Below, one piece after another: positions 33,325 through 38,969 of a stretch of DNA of 38,969 nucleotides; position 1 is the first letter of the stretch, and each line of letters opens with the position of its first letter. The stretch covers positions 1 through 38,969 of the forward strand of contig CAVSBT010000026.1 of assembly GCA_963726245.1 (NCBI GenBank), in the 5' to 3' direction. A program made the position numbers and the translations under genes. Source of the DNA: an uncultured Chloroflexia bacterium. Lineage in GTDB: Bacteria > Chloroflexota > Dehalococcoidia > DSTF01 > JALHUB01. The notes below the pieces were generated by a model. That model searched no databases. It was given only the letters and a program-made list of their open reading frames with translations, and was not told the DNA's origin.

Positions 33325-35088
33325 TGGGCAGGCAGGACCTCATCGCGGCCGCCCGGGGCGACATCCCCGGGGACCTGCTCTTCCGCAACGCCCGCGTCGT
33401 CAACACCTTCACCGGCGAGGTCGAGGAGACGGACGTCCTCGTGCACGAGGGCCGGGTGGCCGGCCTGGGCTCCGGCTACCAGGCGCAGCAGACCATCGAC
33501 CTGCACGGCGCCTACCTCCTGCCCGGCCTCATCAACGGCCACACCCACATCGAGAGCTCCATGCTCTGGGTCGGCGAGTACGCCCGCGCCGTGGTGCCGC
33601 ACGGCACGGCCGTCGCCGTGAGCGACCTGCACGAGATCGCCAACGTCGCCGGCCTGGCCGGCATGCAGCAGGCGGTGGAGGCGGCGGCCGGCCTGCCCCT
33701 GGAGCTGCGCCTGATGGTCGCCTCCTGCGTGCCCGCCACCGACCTGGAGACCTCCGGCGCCACCCTGGGGCCCGAGGACATCGCCCAGGCCCTGGCCCTG
33801 CCGGGCGCCATCGGGCTGGGCGAGATGATGAACTTCCCCGGCGTCATCGCCGGCCACAGCGCCTGCCTGGACAAGATCGACGCCGTAGGCGACCGGCCCG
33901 TCGACGGCCACGCCCCCGGCCTGGGGGGCAAAGCCCTCAACGCCTACCTGGCCGCCGGCCCCCGCTCCGACCACGAGACGACCCGCCTGGAGGAGGGGCG
34001 CGAGAAGCTCCGCCGCGGCATGTACCTGATGATCCGCGAGGGCACCACCGAGAAGAACCTGGAGGAGCTGCTGCCCCTGGTCACCGACCGCACGGCCTCC
34101 CGCTGCCTGCTGGTGGTGGACGACCGCTCCTGCCGCGACCTCCAGCAGGACGGCGACGTGGACGCCGTGGTGCGCAAGGCCATCGCCCTGGGGCTGGACC
34201 CGCTGCGGGCCATCCAGCTCGCCACCATCAACCCGGCCACCTACTTCGGCCTGCGCGAGCTGGGCGCCGTCGGCCCCGGCTACCGCGCCCACCTCCTGGT
34301 CTGCGATGACCTGGAGCGCCTGCGCATCCGGCAGGTCTACCACAACGGCCAGCTCGTGGCCGAGGACGGCCGCCCCCTCTTCGAGGCGCCCGAGACGCCC
34401 ACGCTGGCCCTCACCCACACCTTCCACGTCCGCGGCCTCGGCCCTCGCTCCTTCGCCCTGCCCGCCGCCGGCCTGCCCGCCGCGGCCCGCCCATCGGCCC
34501 CAGGGCGTGCGCTACCCGGTCATCGAGGTGGTGCCGGGCCAGATCGTCACCGGCTACAGCGTGGAGGAGGTCCGCGTCGAGGACGGCCACATCGCCGCCG
34601 ACCCGCAGCGCGACATCCTGAAGCTGGCGGTGGTGGAAAGACACCGCGGCACAGGGAACGTCGGAGTCGGCCTGGTGCGCGGCTTCGGCCTGCGGCGGGG
34701 CGCCCTCGCCTCCTCCTACGCCCACGACTCCCACAACATCGTCGTCGTCGGCACCAACGACGAGGACATGCTTCGGGCCGCCGTCCAGGTGGCCTCTCTC
34801 CAGGGTGGACTGGTCGTCGCCGCCGACGGCCGGGTGGTGGCCTCCCTGCCCCTGCCGGTGGCCGGCCTCATGTCGCCGCGGCCCATCGACGAGGTGGTGC
34901 GCGACTTCGACGCCGTGGAGGAGGCGGCGCGCTCGCTGGGGGCCACGGTGCCGGCGCCCTTCGCCGTCCTCTCCTTCCTGGCGCTGCCCGTCATCCCCAC
35001 GCTGAAGCTCACCGACCGCGGCCTGGTGGACGCCGAGAAGGGGCAGTTCGTCGACCTTGCCCGACTGGCCGCCGGCGCGTCTGGTTAG
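33324..35088 (+). CDS. ade: Adenine deaminase (frameshift near 34490)
   Basis: PGLINGHTHIESS, HEIANV, LGEMMNFPGV, DGHAP, SDHE, IREG, ATINPA, AHDSHN, LSFLALPVIP. Confidence 0.94.
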
Positions 35089-35274
35089 AACAGCCGGCCG
35101 CCTTCCTCCGCCAGCTTCACCGCCATGCGCAGCTGCCCACGAAGTTTCTCCACTTGCATCAGCTGATTGCTTACTAAACCCCTTGCGCGCCCACTCACCC
35201 TCGCTGTAGCATCGAGCTGATTCCCGGAAGCCGGGCCGCCGTGGAGCCCATCTCAGCGCGGGAGGATTGACTTT

Positions 35275-35562
35275 ATGACCTACGCCATCACCGAGCCCTG
35301 CATCGACGTTCTGGACAAGTCCTGCGTCGAGGTCTGCCCCGTCGACTGCATCCACTATGACGAGGGCGAAGACCGCATGCTCTACATCGACCCCGATGAG
35401 TGCATCGACTGCGGAGCCTGCGAGCCGGCCTGCCCCGTGACGGCCATCTTCGCCGAGGACGACGTCCCCGACGGCATGAAGGACTACACTGCTCTCAACG
35501 CCCAGTGGTACAAGGACAAGGCGGCCGCCCGGGCCAAGGTCAACCAGCTAAAGCCGGCCTGA
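35275..35562 (+). CDS. fdxA: 7Fe ([3Fe-4S]+[4Fe-4S]) ferredoxin
   Basis: CIDVLDKSCVEVCPVDC and CIDCGACEPACP motifs; GGAGG Shine-Dalgarno. Confidence 0.9.
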   Translation: MTYAITEPCIDVLDKSCVEVCPVDCIHYDEGEDRMLYIDPDECIDCGACEPACPVTAIFAEDDVPDGMKDYTALNAQWYKDKAAARAKVNQLKPA

Positions 35563-35666
35563 CGCGCTATAGCCGAGAGGGAATGAGCTGCGCCGGCGTC
35601 GCGACCCCTGGGCCGCGGCCGGCGCAATCCGTTTCTCCGCTGACGGGTCGGCGGACGCCGGCTGCC

Positions 35667-37263
35667 TCAGCCCAGGTGGATAGGCTGGCCGTACTCCGGC
35701 ACCACCACCTCGATGTCGCTGTCCGCCAGCGCCTCCCGGAAGTAGCCCGGGCTCTCGGTGTGCACCGGTATCAGCGTCTTCGGCGCCACCTCGCGCACGA
35801 GGCGTAGCAGCTCATCGGCGCAGGCGTGGCCGGAGGTGTGCAGGCCCGCCTCCTCCGGAAGGGGCTTGCCACCCAGCTCGCGGCGCGGCAGGCCCACTCC
35901 CTCCATGCCGAAGTGCTCGAGCCAGTTCTGCAGCCGGTCGACGTCGATCATCTGCTCCTCGCTGAAGGCCTCGCTGGTGGAGTAGATGTAGCGCCCGCCC
36001 GAAGGCTGGATGTCGATGAGGTTCTTGATGTCCCAGAAGCTGAAGCAGAGGACGAAGTCGCCCGGCGCCCGCCCGACCTCGGCCGGCGTCACGAACCGTC
36101 CGGCGTAGCGGTCGCGCACCCGCTGCTCCCACAGGGCGGGCTGCGCCTTCGGGTCGCTGTAGAGGCGCAGGCAGGGGTGGGACGAGATATCGGGCAGGCT
36201 CGGCATCGACCAGGCGCATGGCGTCCAGCAGGTAGGCGTCCTTGGCCAGGATCACCAGTTGCCGTCCCACCTCCTGGCAGATCGACAGGAAGCTGAGGAG
36301 CCTCTCGATGTTGCGCGGCCCGAAGTCGGCGATGACCAGGCCGGCGCCCGCCGCGCGCACCTCGCGCAGGGCGTTCTCACGCACCTGCTCCTCGCCGACC
36401 GGCGTCTCGGCCGGCTCGCCGGGCTTCGGCGCCCGCGTCCCCTCGCAGAGCAGCGCCCGCGGCCGCAGGGCGCGCGCCGCCTCGATGAAAGCCTCGCTAT
36501 CGCCGGCCCGGGCGCCTGTGCCGAGGCGGATGTCGCCGGTGTACACCACCCAGCCGGCGGAGGTCTCCACGCCCCAGGCGCAGGCCCCGTACACGGAGTG
36601 GTCCACCGGGAAGTGGCGCACGGGCAGCCCGCCGGCCAGGGAAGGGCGCAACGTGAAGGTCCGCCGCCAGGAGAGGCTTCTTGGCGCGGCGAGCCGTTCC
36701 AGAAGCCGAGGGCCTCGTCAGCCAGACGGCCGGCATCCACAAGGGCGAAGGGGCGGCCCTGGTAGCCGCCGCCTCTGGTTACCCTCAGCACGCCCTCGCC
36801 GCCGCGGCTCGCTGGCTCAGTAGACGACCTCCCGCTCGAAGTCCGAGCCCGACGAGTCCTGCACGGCCTTGGCGATGAAGGCGGTCATGGCGGTGGCGAA
36901 GACGGGTATCTCCGGCCGCAGGAACGAGATGTAGCCGGTGTGGTCCAGGTGGGCGTGCGAGGCGAGGACGGCATCGACGGGCGGTAGCGCCCGGTAGTGC
37001 GGGTGCTCGCGGTAGCGGGCCCAGACGTCGCCGGGGGGCGACAGGTCCGGCCGGTAGAGACCCTCCAGGGGAGGGAGGAGCCCCATCTCCAGCAGGTCCA
37101 GCAGCCCCTGGCCGGAGCGAGGGGCCAGGAACTCCTCGAAGTACTTGCCGCGCTTGTCGTAGTCGGTGCCGAAGTCGAAGAAGAGGCGGCTATCGCCGTC
37201 CTCCAGGAGGGCCTTCGTCCCCCCGATGACGCCTACGCCGCCGTACAGGGTGAGAGTGACCAT
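35667..37263 (-). CDS. MBL-fold/beta-CASP hydrolase, RNase J-like (several frameshifts)
   Basis: LYGGVGVIGG...FDFG; SHAHLDH; PVDHSVYGA; VYTGDIR; LLCEGTR; LHTSGHA; LIPVHTE, spread over three ORFs. Confidence 0.85.
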
Positions 37264-37313
37264 CACGGTCCCTCCCGCGAGGCGCTGCGGCCCGCCGACC
37301 GTCGGGACAGGTC

Positions 37314-37339
37314 GTAGGGACAGAGCTTCAGCTCTGTCC
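37314..37339 (+). repeat. GTAG-family REP palindrome (left)
   Basis: GTAG-GGACAGAGC-TTCA-GCTCTGTCC. Confidence 0.88.
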
Positions 37340-37363
37340 TCCTCTGTCCTCGACGTGCAACCG

Positions 37364-37819
37364 CTATACGTCCGCCATCGCCTCCCGCGGGCCCGAGTAT
37401 GGGTATGCCAAGACGTTCTCCACCATCCCCGCCCGCACCGGATTCGCCCAGATGTAGCGTGCTACGTCCTCAAGGTCCTCCTCTTGCCGGAGGATGTGGT
37501 CATAGTAGCTCCGCTGCCACAGACCGGGGTGACGGTGGCCCGTCGCCTGCTTGAAGTGCTGAACAAAGCGGACGAGGGGTGCGTCATCATCTCCGGCCAC
37601 GAGGAGGTGAACGTGATCCGGCATGAAGCAGTAGGCAACGACCTCAAACCCATAGCGAGAGGCGCTCGCCGCCAGGCGGTCGAGGCAGAAGGCGACAAGG
37701 CGCCCGTCCTCAAACGACGGCAATCCGCCGCGAGTGTTGAGAATCAGGTGATAGGCGTAGCTCCCCTGGTAGTCGAACGAGGGAAGTCTGGGAGACGATC
37801 GGCGGGGTTTGAACCTCAC
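37364..37819 (-). CDS. REP-associated tyrosine transposase (RAYT/TnpA-REP, Y1 HUH family)
   Basis: RLPSFDY, YHLILNT, YCFMPDHVHLL (HUH), LWQRSYYDHILR, RYIWANPVRAG. Confidence 0.92.
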   Translation of the reverse strand: MRFKPRRSSPRLPSFDYQGSYAYHLILNTRGGLPSFEDGRLVAFCLDRLAASASRYGFEVVAYCFMPDHVHLLVAGDDDAPLVRFVQHFKQATGHRHPGLWQRSYYDHILRQEEDLEDVARYIWANPVRAGMVENVLAYPYSGPREAMADV

Positions 37820-37836
37820 GATAGGCTCCAGGACTA

Positions 37837-37863
37837 GGACAGAGCTTCAAGCTCTGTCCCTAC
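37837..37863 (-). repeat. GTAG-family REP palindrome (right, inverted)
   Basis: Minus strand GTAG-GGACAGAGC-TTGAA-GCTCTGTCC. Confidence 0.88.
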
Positions 37864-37895
37864 GAGGTCTGCACCTCGCCTTCGCCGATGACAGC

Positions 37896-38969
<1,074 letters not shown>

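Larger units (their letters stand above)
37312..37865. mobile_element. Minimal REPtron (REP-RAYT-REP)
   Basis: RAYT gene between inverted copies that both begin TCGTAGGGACAGAGCTT. Confidence 0.8.

Overview
GC-rich chromosomal segment, most likely from a Chloroflexota bacterium (Dehalococcoidia-like; inferred from the DUF2298/YYY protein, the archaellin-type gene and the dimeric GlyRS). Many conserved genes carry 1-nt indels that look like assembly errors. Left to right: a partial HAMP + HD-GYP gene; a tRNA(CAT) followed by a small GIY-YIG nuclease gene and a second full-length tRNA copy whose D-arm is replaced by a CCCGCC-TGC-GGCGGG hairpin; uvrC; xerD; a solitary archaellin-like gene behind a variant c-di-GMP-II riboswitch with an overlapping terminator; pcm, DUF72, a LOG/TIGR00725 gene, eno and gap; a ~20 kb surface-glycosylation locus (five GT-C/ArnT-PMT-like proteins with differing extracytoplasmic domains, GT2, UPF0104 flippase-like protein, RmlA, methyltransferase and a pilin-like protein); bS22-like protein; hpt-ade; 7Fe ferredoxin; an RNase J-like MBL hydrolase; a RAYT transposase between inverted GTAG REPs; and partial glyS. 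The most unusual items are the tRNA/GIY-YIG/D-arm-swapped tRNA cassette, the riboswitch-controlled archaellin, and a pilin-head-like domain present both fused to a GT-C enzyme and as a separate protein. All family assignments are by-eye motif recognition; no searches were run.
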